Source: Myxococcales bacterium (lineage in GTDB: Bacteria; Myxococcota_A; Polyangia; Polyangiales; Ga0077539). From it: DNA of 64,000 nt. The stretch's first letter is position 1, and the number at the start of each line of letters is the position of its first letter. The translations under genes and the position numbers were made by a program. The stretch covers positions 18,886 to 82,885 of the forward strand of contig JAEUKI010000004.1 of NCBI GenBank assembly GCA_016793325.1, in the 5' to 3' direction. The notes under the pieces are model-generated. The model was given only the letters and a program-made list of their open reading frames with translations. It did not search any database and was not told where the DNA came from. Below, one piece after another: positions 9,395-19,388 of the stretch.

Positions 9395-11467
9395 TCAACC
9401 GGGGCCGCACATCACGGTCACGGTCGTGCCGTTGTTGTCCTCGGTGCACTCGGCGTTGGCGTTGTTGTCGTCGACGCGCACGTAGTAGTCCCGGGTCATT
9501 CCGGGGGAGGGGATCGTGACGCAGACCATTTCGCTCCCGCCCGGGGCGAGCGCGCCCATCGTCGAGCCCATCCCGAGGCGCATTCCGCCCATGCGGTCGT
9601 AGACGCCAACGCTGATCGTGCTCGCGTTGGCGTCGCCCGCGTTGCGAACGGTCACGCACACGCGCGCGTTCATCGCGCCGCAGTCGCTCGGGGCGTTCAT
9701 CGCGCGAAGGTCCGGCGCGAGCTGCACGCGATCGCGAGGGCGGTTGAGCCGAAACGAGTTGTGCGTCCGCCAGTGCGCGCTCTCGCGCCGCGGAACGAGC
9801 CCGTCGTCCGTGAGGTTGTCGATGTGGTAGCCGTGCTCGTTCCACACGCTGCGCGCGCCGGACCAGATCGACATGCCGCCCGACCAGATCTCGAGCCCCG
9901 GAACACGCTCGGTCGCCTGCATCGCCGCGGGGATCTTGTCCCCCGCGAACGCCGCGCACTGGTTCGCGCCGAACACGATGTCCGCTTGTCCGTTGCCGTC
10001 GACGTCCGCGACCACGGCTTGTTCGGTGCGCGTCTGCGACGGGTTCCAGTTGCGAAACAAAACGCGCCCCGTGCGTCCGTCGAGCACGAAGAACTGCTCT
10101 TCGTCGTTGTAGACGACCTCGCTCGCGCCGTCGCCGTTGAAGTCGAACACCGTGCTCGAGGTCACCTCGCTCGAGCTGTCTTCGGTCACGATCGACCAGC
10201 GAATTCCGCGGGCTTCGCAGCCTCCCCCCGCGGCCGTACAGCCCGGGTCGATCACGACGTACCGAAGCGCGCCCGCGACGCCGATCTCGCTCTCGCCGTC
10301 GCCGTCGAAGTCCGCGATCGTCGGCGCGCCGCCCAGCATCGTCGTGGGGATCATCTGCGTCCAGCGCACCATGCCCGTGCGTCGATCGAGGATCTCGACG
10401 CGACCGGCCACCACGCGAACGACCTCTGCGACGCCGTCGTGCCCCGAGCGGTTCATCGCGTCGAGCAGGTCCCCGACGGCAGAGAATCCCTGCCCCGCGG
10501 ACATGTAGCGAATGCGCCCGTCGGACTCGTACACGGTTCCGCCGGCGATCACCTCGAGCGTGTTGTCGTCGTCGAGGTTGGCCACGACGCTGAGGGGCCC
10601 TTGGCCGTTTTCGCCGGTCGCGTTGGTCCCCTGCCACACGAGCGCGCCCGTGCGCCCGTTGAACGTCGACGCGCCCGCGATCACCTCGGGAACGCCGTCT
10701 CCGTTGAGGTCCGCGATGTTGATCGACGGGTTGGCTCCGCCGATGTTGCTCATGCCCGTCGATGTCCAATAGCGACGGCCATCCCCGTGAAACGCGATGA
10801 GCCCGAAGTTCGCGACGTCCGAGCGAACCGCGACGATCTCGAGGCCGTTTCCGATGTTTCCGTCGAGCTCGCCGATCGCGACGTGCCCGTCCCAACGCAG
10901 GATCGACGCGCCGGTCGTGTCGTTGGGCATCGCGGTCCCGCGCTGCGACCAGAGCAATCGATGCGGCGCCGTGCCCGAAATCACGCGCAACACCGCGTTG
11001 CGATAGTTGTTCGCGCAGTCGAAGGTCATGAACGCGATCTCGGGCACCTGCGCGGAGTCGGGCGGCTCGATCAAGATGTTCGCGACCGCAGGGGTCGAGC
11101 ACACTTGATCCACGCCCGGAAACGGATCGCCCATACGATTCGCTCGCCAATGCAGCGTGAGCGAAGGGTTCATGAACGCCTGCGGCGACGGCGTGATCGT
11201 GCAGCGCGCGGGGCCTCCGTCACCGGGGCCTCCTCCGTCGCCCGACGTCGAGCCGTCGCCCGACGTCGATCCGTCGCCGCCCATCGTGCCGCTGTCGCTC
11301 GCGGCGGCGTCCATGTCCACGACGCCCGAGTCCATACTCGAGCTCCCGTCACCGCCGCCGTTGCCGGTGTCGCGCGTCGTTCCGCTGTCGCCTTCGAACG
11401 GCGTCATCCCTTCGGAGCAAGCCGCGATCGCGAGCGAGAGCACCAGTAAACAAGAGAGGGACCTCAT
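9395..11467 (-). CDS. FG-GAP/VCBS-repeat lipoprotein with C-terminal CARDB-like domain
   Basis: Lipobox IAAC; repeats IADLNGDGVPEV, IADFDGDGESEI, FDFNGDGASEV, VADVDGNGQADI; C-terminal VTVRNAG...ECTEDNN. Confidence 0.85.
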   Translation of the reverse strand: MRSLSCLLVLSLAIAACSEGMTPFEGDSGTTRDTGNGGGDGSSSMDSGVVDMDAAASDSGTMGGDGSTSGDGSTSGDGGGPGDGGPARCTITPSPQAFMNPSLTLHWRANRMGDPFPGVDQVCSTPAVANILIEPPDSAQVPEIAFMTFDCANNYRNAVLRVISGTAPHRLLWSQRGTAMPNDTTGASILRWDGHVAIGELDGNIGNGLEIVAVRSDVANFGLIAFHGDGRRYWTSTGMSNIGGANPSINIADLNGDGVPEVIAGASTFNGRTGALVWQGTNATGENGQGPLSVVANLDDDNTLEVIAGGTVYESDGRIRYMSAGQGFSAVGDLLDAMNRSGHDGVAEVVRVVAGRVEILDRRTGMVRWTQMIPTTMLGGAPTIADFDGDGESEIGVAGALRYVVIDPGCTAAGGGCEARGIRWSIVTEDSSSEVTSSTVFDFNGDGASEVVYNDEEQFFVLDGRTGRVLFRNWNPSQTRTEQAVVADVDGNGQADIVFGANQCAAFAGDKIPAAMQATERVPGLEIWSGGMSIWSGARSVWNEHGYHIDNLTDDGLVPRRESAHWRTHNSFRLNRPRDRVQLAPDLRAMNAPSDCGAMNARVCVTVRNAGDANASTISVGVYDRMGGMRLGMGSTMGALAPGGSEMVCVTIPSPGMTRDYYVRVDDNNANAECTEDNNGTTVTVMCGPG

Positions 11468-11482
11468 CGTCCCTGCATCTTC

Positions 11483-12793
11483 TCACTGTTTTTCGCGAGC
11501 GAGCGAGCGGGACCGCACGATCGCAAGGAGGACCCCGAGCACCGCTGTGATGACGCCCGGCGCCACAATGTTGCCGCGAAAGCGCTGGGATCTCCGCTGT
11601 TCGATCGCGCGCGGGTCGTACGGTCGCGCGAGCGTGGCGTTCGTCAGCCAGCGATCCAGCTCTGCGCGCACAGGGTCCGCGCGGTCCGCGAGGGACGTCG
11701 AGAGCGCGAACACCGAGCCCGATCCCGCGGGCGCCATCCACGCGCGCATCGCGAGCCGCGCAGCAGGCGGCTCGATTTCGGCGCGAGCCGTGCGACCCGC
11801 GACGCCGGACACCGTGACTGGTTCGCTGCGCGCGAAGCCCTCGGCCATCGCCGACGACGCTGCGTCTGCGCTCGTCGTCGCGGCGGACGTCACGCGCGTT
11901 CCCACCGCGGCGATCATCGAGGACGCCAGCGAAAACAGCCGATCCGCGCCGCCGTCTCCCTCCATGCGCGCGTTGATCTCGGCGAACGTGAGCTCTGCGC
12001 CTCCGCCTTGCGTGGGCTCGATGCAGTAGCGACCCACGTAGAACGCCGGCGCCGGCCCGCCCGCTTGCGGCGTCGCGTCCGTCCATCGCGCAGGACACGC
12101 GACGGTCACCGCGAAGCCGCGCTCGCTCGGCGCCGCTGCGTCGTACGCGCGCAATCCCTGGACGCGCGCGACCGCGTCGGCCGCCGCTGCTTCGAGCTCT
12201 TGCGCGCGCGCGCTCGGCGCCACGAGCAGCGCGAGCAGCGTCCGTGAGCCCGCGGGAAACGCCCACGCCCGCGCGACGAACGACGGCAATCGAAAGCCCC
12301 CGCGCACGTCGAGCACGAGCCCGTCGAGCGCGGTCGTCGCGGGTGGCGTGGGGGGAGTGGGCGTCGCTCCGGGCTGCGCGAGCGGTCGTCGCTCGGGCTG
12401 CGGAACGGGCTCGAGCGCCACGCGATTGGCCTGCGCGATCGTGCTCACGAACGAGCGGAGCACCTCGGGCCGCGCGCGCGGGTCCGCGATGAGCTCGGGG
12501 GACCAGAAGAGCTCGAGCGACTCGGACACAGCGCTCTCGCTGCGAACGGGGTCGCAGCGCACGAGCCACCGCGTGTTGCGCGTGCCTTCGACGATCGCTG
12601 TCGAGTCGAAGCCCGTCGCGCGCGCGTAGCCCGCGGGGCAATTCGGCGCGCTCGGCGCGGCGCTGCTCGTGGTGATCGCGGTCGAATCCGCGCCGCGAGA
12701 CGCGAGCGCCCACGCGCCCCACGCGGTTCCGATGAACGCGCCCGCGGTCGCATAGAGAAACACGCGGCGCGAAAGCGAACCCTTCTCGAACAC
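11483..12793 (-). CDS. membrane-anchored exported hypothetical protein
   Basis: SRRVFL Tat-like N-terminus and a C-terminal TM segment; start overlaps the upstream stop. Confidence 0.6.
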   Translation of the reverse strand: MFEKGSLSRRVFLYATAGAFIGTAWGAWALASRGADSTAITTSSAAPSAPNCPAGYARATGFDSTAIVEGTRNTRWLVRCDPVRSESAVSESLELFWSPELIADPRARPEVLRSFVSTIAQANRVALEPVPQPERRPLAQPGATPTPPTPPATTALDGLVLDVRGGFRLPSFVARAWAFPAGSRTLLALLVAPSARAQELEAAAADAVARVQGLRAYDAAAPSERGFAVTVACPARWTDATPQAGGPAPAFYVGRYCIEPTQGGGAELTFAEINARMEGDGGADRLFSLASSMIAAVGTRVTSAATTSADAASSAMAEGFARSEPVTVSGVAGRTARAEIEPPAARLAMRAWMAPAGSGSVFALSTSLADRADPVRAELDRWLTNATLARPYDPRAIEQRRSQRFRGNIVAPGVITAVLGVLLAIVRSRSLAREKQ

Positions 12794-14727
12794 TACTCCA
12801 GCGCTCCTCGCGTCAACAGAACGCCCGCGTATCCCGCGAGCAAAGGTTGGTCGCGCCGATCGCACCACAGGGCCACGAGGTCGTCGGGCGTAAAGGGACT
12901 CTCGCGCTGCCAGCTCTGTCCGTGATCGACGCTGCGGAGCATCGTCGCGCCGAGCCCCGCGGCGTACCAGACATCACCCGCTGTGCACGCTCCGAACATC
13001 GACGCCGTTGGCGGAAGGTTTACGCGCGCGATCCGCCAGTGCACGCCGTGGTCTTGGCTGGTGAGCACTTCGCCCTCTTTTCCTACGGCGAACAGACGGC
13101 CCTGCGCGTCGCCCGAAATGTTGGTGAGGTCGCGCGTGCTCATGTTGATCATGCGCTGCCACGAGACGCCCTGGTCCGTGCTTCGAACGATGTGCCCGCG
13201 CGTTCCGACGGCGAAGACCTCGTTCGCGTTGAGGCCCCAGAGGCCGAAGAAGTCCTCGCCGACACCCGTATTCAAGCGGCGCCAGGTCCGACCCTGATCG
13301 GTGCTCTTGATGATGAGCCCGCTCGGGCCGCCGACGTAGACGTCGTTCGGGCCCGAGGCCCAGATCGTCCCGAGGCCGCGCGTTCCCTCGGGGGGCGTGG
13401 ACTCGGTCCAGTGGTCGCCGCCGTCGGTCGAGTGCAGGATCTTCTGCGACGCGTTGGTCGCGTAGAGCTCGCGCTCGCTCAGCGCGAAGATCGACAACAG
13501 ATCGGTGCGCCCCTCGTGCGTCGAGGACGTCCACGTTCGACCGTCGTCCGTCGATCGAAGGATGATCCCCGCGCGCCCGACGGCCCATCGCGAGCGGCCG
13601 TACCCGGTGACCGAGAGCACGGATCCTTGCACGCGCGCGTGGCGAGGCTCCCATCGCATTCCCTGCTCTTGAATGCGGTAGATCGCGCCTTCGGTGCCCA
13701 CGGCGATCGCCACGCGGTCATCGGACCACACGCCGCCGAGGGTCTCGGTCGCGTTTGTCGTGAGCGTGCTCCACGCGCCGTTGCGTCGCGCGATCGCGGT
13801 CCCTCGTTGGCCGACGGCGATCAACGCTCCGCCGAGCGACGCGAACGAGGTCATGTCTTCTTGGGTCGAGACAGGAACCTGCGTCCACTGCTCGCCGACA
13901 TCGCTCGATTGCAAGACGGTTCCGTACCAGCCCACCAACAGCAGGTTCGCTCCGTCGCTGTGAAACCCGAGCAACGTGCTGCGCGTGTTGCTCGCGCGCG
14001 CGCTCCAGTGTGCGCCGCGATCGGTGCTCTTCAGGATCGTGCCCTCGCGCCCAGCGGCGAGGATGGTCCCGCGCCCGTTGGACCAGATCGCGTAGAGGTC
14101 CGCGGTCGAGCCCGTCGCGACGGCGGTCCACGTGAGTCCGCGGTCCGTTGATTTCGCGGTCCAACCGAAGCGGCCCGACGCCCACAGCTCTCCGCTCGCA
14201 GCGTCGCCCCAGAGCTCGGTGAGCGAGTTGTGCGCTGCTTCCGCACGCGGCATCGCGTTGGCGCTCGCGCCGGTGTCTGCGCTCGCGTCGCCGTCCGCGC
14301 GCGCGGGCAGCGAGAACGCCCGCGGCGCCCACGTGTCGCCCCAGTCTTCGCTCCGCACGATCGAGCCGTTGTTTCCCACGGCGACGATCACTCCGCGGCC
14401 GTCGCCCCACACGCTGTGCAGGTCATCGGTGACGCGCGACGGTCGAAGACGCCACGTCAGTCCTCGATCGTGGCTCACGAGCACGGTCCCCACGCGACCG
14501 ACGGTCACGACGTGGAGCCCAGAGCCCCACACGCCCTCGAGGCTGTTGTGTCCCGGCTTTGGAAACACGGGCTGCCACTGCACCACGGGCGCGCGGGGCC
14601 GTTGTTCGCGGCTCTTTCCCACGCGCGAGAGGCCCACCGCGGCGCCGACTGCGATCACGGTGACCGCGGCTGAAGTGAGCAGGACCTTGGTTCCGCTCGC
14701 ACGCGAACGGGAGTCGTTGGCAGCCAT
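12793..14727 (-). CDS. YCF48/BNR (Asp-box) repeat beta-propeller protein
   Basis: Many AVGxxGxILxSxDxGxTW repeats; N-terminal TM from MAANDSRS. Confidence 0.85.
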   Translation of the reverse strand: MAANDSRSRASGTKVLLTSAAVTVIAVGAAVGLSRVGKSREQRPRAPVVQWQPVFPKPGHNSLEGVWGSGLHVVTVGRVGTVLVSHDRGLTWRLRPSRVTDDLHSVWGDGRGVIVAVGNNGSIVRSEDWGDTWAPRAFSLPARADGDASADTGASANAMPRAEAAHNSLTELWGDAASGELWASGRFGWTAKSTDRGLTWTAVATGSTADLYAIWSNGRGTILAAGREGTILKSTDRGAHWSARASNTRSTLLGFHSDGANLLLVGWYGTVLQSSDVGEQWTQVPVSTQEDMTSFASLGGALIAVGQRGTAIARRNGAWSTLTTNATETLGGVWSDDRVAIAVGTEGAIYRIQEQGMRWEPRHARVQGSVLSVTGYGRSRWAVGRAGIILRSTDDGRTWTSSTHEGRTDLLSIFALSERELYATNASQKILHSTDGGDHWTESTPPEGTRGLGTIWASGPNDVYVGGPSGLIIKSTDQGRTWRRLNTGVGEDFFGLWGLNANEVFAVGTRGHIVRSTDQGVSWQRMINMSTRDLTNISGDAQGRLFAVGKEGEVLTSQDHGVHWRIARVNLPPTASMFGACTAGDVWYAAGLGATMLRSVDHGQSWQRESPFTPDDLVALWCDRRDQPLLAGYAGVLLTRGALE

Positions 14728-14744
14728 CGAGGCTGTGGGTTGTA

Positions 14745-15962
14745 TCACCCTCGAAGCGCGGCGCGCAGCGCGCGAAGGCGCAGCTTCAGCGGCGGTTCGG
14801 TGAGGATGCGCGCGCGAGAGCCCATCCACAGGTCGTTTCCGCGCCACTCGACGTGGCCCGAGAACGCGCCGCGAAAGAGCAGCGCCGCCACGAGAAACGG
14901 CCGCACGATGAGCAACCACAAGTGCGAGATCGCCAGCGGACGACCGCGGATCACCGCGTGGAGCGCCCAGTCTGCGACGATCTGCAGCACGAGCGCGCAC
15001 GCCCAGAACAGCAAGTGCTCTCGCGTCGGCGACGCGAGCGCGAGCAGCGACGTGAAGATCACCGGCGTCACGAAGAACTCGAGCAGCGCCACGTGCGGAA
15101 CGACGCGCCAACGGATCTGCGACCAGCGCAAGTGCCGCTGAAAGAACTTCTTCATCGACCCCTTCGCGTTGACGTTTTGCACGGCAAACGCGCCGAGGTG
15201 CAGGCGATAGCCCTTGTCCATGATGGCCTGCACGAGGACCTCGTCGTCCGCGAAGTACTTGCCGATCTCCTGCCATCCGCCCACTTCGAGCAAGACGCTC
15301 TTCGGAACGAGCATCGACTTGCCCGGCACCGCCACGCGGTCGAGCGCGAACTTCACCGCGTACGTGGTCGCGACGACGTACGCGTTCAAGTGAAGGTTCT
15401 CGAGGGACGCGCCGAGCGTCTCTTCTCCGTCGCCGACGATGGGCGAGGCGACGAGCGCGCTGTTCGGCTCGCCGAGCCGCGCGACCATGTCCCAGAGCGT
15501 GTCGGGGTGGACCTTCGTGTTGCTGTCGCTCAGCCACCAGAGGTCGTACTTCGCGTGCTGCGAGAGCACTTCCATCTGCGAAATCTTTGGCGAGACGTGC
15601 GCGCCCTCTCCCGTGACGAACACGGCGCTGTCGATCTCGGGGTGCTTCGCGCGAACGCGCTCGATCACCGGAAACGCCGCGTCCGACTCGGACCGCACGC
15701 CGAAGAGCAGCTGCATCTTCGGGTAGCGCACGCGGAAGTACGACTCGAGGCACGCCTCGAGGTCGTCGTCTGCGCCCGCGCAGGGCTTGAGCACGGTCAC
15801 GCCGGCCCAGTCGCCGTCGGGCAACGAGGGCTCGGGCGCCGAGTCGAAGCGCCGTCCGCGACGGAGCTGCGCGACACACGCCACGACGAAGGCGCTGTAG
15901 AGACAGACCGCCGCCACCGAGGCCCACATCAACACTTGGACGAAGTCGAACTGCATCCGCAC
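14745..15962 (-). CDS. ceramide glucosyltransferase / HpnI-like GT2 glycosyltransferase
   Basis: VTVLKPCAG, SPKISQM, LSDSN, GKSML, YFADD, RHLRW, VEWRG motifs. Confidence 0.85.
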   Translation of the reverse strand: MRMQFDFVQVLMWASVAAVCLYSAFVVACVAQLRRGRRFDSAPEPSLPDGDWAGVTVLKPCAGADDDLEACLESYFRVRYPKMQLLFGVRSESDAAFPVIERVRAKHPEIDSAVFVTGEGAHVSPKISQMEVLSQHAKYDLWWLSDSNTKVHPDTLWDMVARLGEPNSALVASPIVGDGEETLGASLENLHLNAYVVATTYAVKFALDRVAVPGKSMLVPKSVLLEVGGWQEIGKYFADDEVLVQAIMDKGYRLHLGAFAVQNVNAKGSMKKFFQRHLRWSQIRWRVVPHVALLEFFVTPVIFTSLLALASPTREHLLFWACALVLQIVADWALHAVIRGRPLAISHLWLLIVRPFLVAALLFRGAFSGHVEWRGNDLWMGSRARILTEPPLKLRLRALRAALRG

Positions 15963-16288
15963 GCCGCACCTGTGGTACCTCGCGAACGTGCGCTTCGTCC
16001 ACGGACGAAGTCATTTTTCGCCTGCAAATTTGCTGGCAAAAACACGATCTAGCGCCACCGATAGTTCGCAGGGGGGTGCGAAGCGCGCTACGCGCACGAG
16101 CGATCGACCGCAGATTTCGTGGACGATCGCGGCATCGCGTCGCGCGGGTGACACGCGCGTGCGCCGGTTCGCTGGCGACCCCGGTGTCCTCGCGCGCGGG
16201 CCAACGCGTCGTTCATCGCGCTGAGCGCAGCCGTCGGGCCCGTTGCCTTCGCGCGCGGGCCAACGCCTGCGGGGTAACGTCGGCTGTT

Positions 16289-17089
16289 GTGTTCGACACG
16301 CACTGTCACTTCGACGACGAGCGCTTCGATGACGATCGCGAGAGCGCGTGGAAGCGAGCTGAGGAAGCGGGCGTTGGCGCCGCGGTGATCCCGGCGATTT
16401 CACCGGACCGCTGGGACCGAACGCTCTCGTGTACGCGCGAGGGAGCGCGCTTCGCCGCGCTCGGCGTGCACCCGCAGTGCCTTCCAGCGATCGACGATCG
16501 AGCGATCCGCGACGGGCTCGATCGAATCGCGTCGCTCCGTCGCGAACACGCGTGGCGCGTCGTCGCCGTGGGCGAAGTTGGGTTCGATCACACGATCGAC
16601 CTCGCGCTCGCGTCCCCCGAGCGACAAGAGCGCGTCTTCGCGTGGCACGCCGAGGTCGCCCGCGCGCTCGAGCTCCCGCTGATCGTTCACGTGCTTCGCG
16701 CGCACGACGCTGCGCTGCGAGCGCTCTCGCGGGTGAAGCTCCCGTCGCCCGCGGGCGTGATCCACAGCTACTCGGGGCCCGCCGAGCTCGTGGGAGCCTA
16801 CGAGAAGCTCGGGTTCTATTTGTCGTTCGCGGGGTCGGTCACGAGGCCCAAGGCGCGTCGCCCCATCGCCGCTGCGCGTGTTGTGTCCCCCGAGCGACTG
16901 CTGATCGAGACCGACGCACCCGATCAAACACCCACGGGCGTCGCTCCGTCGGTCACGCGCTGCGAACCGGCGCACCTCGCGCTCGTGGCAAACGCGCTCG
17001 CGACGGCCCTCGGCGAAGACGAGCCCTCCCTGCGCGCCCGCACCACGCGCAACGCCCGCGCGCTCTTCAAAGTGGGGACGGTGCTCTGA
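16289..17089 (+). CDS. tatD: TatD family hydrolase
   Basis: FDTHCHF, ALGVHP, AVGEVGFD, PLIVH, VIHSYSG, LLIETDAP. Confidence 0.9.
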   Translation: MFDTHCHFDDERFDDDRESAWKRAEEAGVGAAVIPAISPDRWDRTLSCTREGARFAALGVHPQCLPAIDDRAIRDGLDRIASLRREHAWRVVAVGEVGFDHTIDLALASPERQERVFAWHAEVARALELPLIVHVLRAHDAALRALSRVKLPSPAGVIHSYSGPAELVGAYEKLGFYLSFAGSVTRPKARRPIAAARVVSPERLLIETDAPDQTPTGVAPSVTRCEPAHLALVANALATALGEDEPSLRARTTRNARALFKVGTVL

Positions 17090-17549
17090 TTGTGAAATTC
17101 GAGATCCACCGCATCCCTAGCCAAGCAGATTAAAAAGGACTCAAAGGTACTTATTGCCAGCACGCGCAGGCGCTTCGTGCAAGTTGGCTCCGTTGATTTC
17201 TCGTACGAGCGACGCTCGCAGCGCTCGAGGGAGCCGAGGCGCTCGTGTGCGCGAGGCCATCGCACGCACACGAGGAAAGAGCAGCGCACGCGCGTTGTGA
17301 AACGCTCCCGAGTCCGCAGTCCAGCAGCCACGAATCACGGCGCGGGGCGCACGCGGAATGCCGTTCGACATCGATCGCTCGACGCCATCGATCGGCGCTC
17401 GTGGTCCGCGTCAGGAGCAAATTCGACCGCTCAGAGTTGCACGACGAGCCGAGGCGTGCTGGCAATAAGTACCTTCGGGTCCTTTTTGATCTGCTTGGCC
17501 AGGGATGCGGTCGATCTCGAATTTCACAATCAGAGCACCGTCCCCACTT
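17070..17549. mobile_element. 480-bp MITE/REPIN-like element with 96-bp terminal inverted repeats
   Basis: 17070-17165 and 17454-17549 are reverse complements (5 mismatches in 96 nt), starting AAGTGGGGACGGTGCTCTGATTGTGAAATTCGAGATC; AT-richer than surroundings. Confidence 0.75.
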
Positions 17550-18657
17550 ACGTGCCCCCGCTGCCCGTTGTCACGCCGGCGTCGCCGCCGCGGCCGATCG
17601 CCTCGCCGAAGACCCAGCCCATGCCCGTGGCCCAGCGCACGCGGTACCAACTGCCGCTGCGCGCTTCGATCGTGACGGCCGTGTTGATCGGGATGCGCGT
17701 GATTACGACGCCCGTTCGGGGCTCGGCGCGGATCAGCGCGCGCGTCCACGTGACCGTCGCGGGTTCGGTGCGCGCGAGCGGCGTCCCCATGAACACGGTG
17801 ACGGGCTGCGAGAGCGTCGGGTCGTCGCTCCCTGCGTCGAGCCGCGGAGGCGTCACGATGTAGCCGGGGCAGGGGTTGTCCGCGGTTCCGGGGGTGACGG
17901 GGCACGGCTCGCCGGGGCGGAGAACGCGCCGCGACTCTCCCGCGTCTCGCGCCGCGCTCGCCGTCGGAACCGCGGGTGTACTTGATTGTGTGGGCTCATC
18001 GGCGCCCGCGTCGAGCGCGCGCTGCGCCGCCGCGCCGAGCGGGCCGAAGCGCATCATCACGACGTACTGGTACCGCGCCTTGGCGTGCCGTTGCTCCCAC
18101 AGCGCGTCGATCGGGCCCATGCCCCCGCGCTGCCGCGCGCACGCGACGAACGTGAGCGGGTCGCGCACCGAGCTCGCGCGCCCCTGCACCGGAACGACGA
18201 TTCGCCGCGCGAAATCCACGCGCAAACCGATCGAGAGCACTTGCGCGGGGTTCGCTCCAGCGACGAGCGCCGCCGGGCAATCGCCGAGCTTCGAGAGCGA
18301 CTCGCGCAGGACGCGCTCGATCTCGGGCGACGCGTCGCAGCGCGATCCCTCCGTGTCGAGCTCGTCTCCGTCGCCGCACGACACGAGCTCGACGCGCGTG
18401 ATCCTGACGGGAACGAGCGGCTCTCTCCGCGGATCCGCGGTCGCCGTCGCGCTCGCGTCCGCGCTGCTCTCGCGCGCGCCGCCGTCGTCGGTGTCGGGCT
18501 CTTGGCTCGTGTGCGCGGGGTCCGGCGCCCTGTGAAGAATGCGGCTGAACGCGCCCTGCGCGAGCACGTACCCGAGCACCGTCGCAGAGAGCCCGCACGC
18601 CGTGGCGGCGAGGAGCATCCACGAGGGCTCGGTCGGTCGAGTGATCTTCGGTGCCAT
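17548..18657 (-). CDS. membrane-anchored protein with C-terminal SH3b-like domain
   Basis: N-terminal TM; C-terminal LIRAEPRTGVVITRIP...GSWYRVRW...GWVFG. Confidence 0.7.
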   Translation of the reverse strand: MAPKITRPTEPSWMLLAATACGLSATVLGYVLAQGAFSRILHRAPDPAHTSQEPDTDDGGARESSADASATATADPRREPLVPVRITRVELVSCGDGDELDTEGSRCDASPEIERVLRESLSKLGDCPAALVAGANPAQVLSIGLRVDFARRIVVPVQGRASSVRDPLTFVACARQRGGMGPIDALWEQRHAKARYQYVVMMRFGPLGAAAQRALDAGADEPTQSSTPAVPTASAARDAGESRRVLRPGEPCPVTPGTADNPCPGYIVTPPRLDAGSDDPTLSQPVTVFMGTPLARTEPATVTWTRALIRAEPRTGVVITRIPINTAVTIEARSGSWYRVRWATGMGWVFGEAIGRGGDAGVTTGSGGT

Positions 18658-18668
18658 TGCTCTGGTGC

Positions 18669-19388
18669 TCAGCCTTCGTTGCGCCTTGCCGCGGCGCGCG
18701 CTTCTTCGAGCGCGCGCTCGAGCACGAGCTCGCCTCCGCGCACGGACTCGAGCAGAAATCGCGCGTGAAGCTCCGCGCGCTCGTCCTCTGTCAAGTCACC
18801 GCGTCGCCCGCGAGTCGCGACGTACAGCGCGATGCCCGCGGCCACCGACACGTTGAAGCTCTCGACCATGCCTGTCATCGGAATCGCAAACGCTCCGTCG
18901 CTCGCGGCGCGCAGCGACGGCGAGATCCCTGCGTGCTCGTTGCCAAACGCGAGAGCGACCCGCGGTTGTTCCGCGATTTGTTCGAGCGTCACGGTCGCGC
19001 GCATGTCCGCGACGTAGAGCTTGTATCCCCGCGCGCGAAGCTCGTTCGCGCACGGCTCGGGCGCGCTGTGCCTTCGCAGGTCCATCCACTTCTCGGCGCC
19101 CTTGGTCACGCGCGTGGTCATCCGCACGTGCGCGTGCGCCTCGATCGCGTGCACCTCGTGGACGCCGAGCGCGTCGCTCGTGCGCAAAATCGCTGAAGCG
19201 TTGTGCGGATCGCTGAGCCCTTCGATCACCGCGACGACCGAGCGAACCCGTCCCTCGACCGCCTTCGCGATGCGCTCTCGTCGCTCGTCGACCACCAGCG
19301 GCTCGAGCGCGCGAACGCACGCTGCCGCAGGCATCGGCAGCGGCGCCGGCGGCGCCGGCGCGAACACCCCGTCTGCCCAGCGCTTCAC
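18669..19388 (-). CDS. trmH: TrmH/SpoU family tRNA 2'-O-methyltransferase
   Basis: DPHNASAILRTSDALG, LAFGNEHAG, IPMTGMVESFNVSVA; GTGA overlap with the kinase stop. Confidence 0.9.
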   Translation of the reverse strand: MKRWADGVFAPAPPAPLPMPAAACVRALEPLVVDERRERIAKAVEGRVRSVVAVIEGLSDPHNASAILRTSDALGVHEVHAIEAHAHVRMTTRVTKGAEKWMDLRRHSAPEPCANELRARGYKLYVADMRATVTLEQIAEQPRVALAFGNEHAGISPSLRAASDGAFAIPMTGMVESFNVSVAAGIALYVATRGRRGDLTEDERAELHARFLLESVRGGELVLERALEEARAAARRNEG

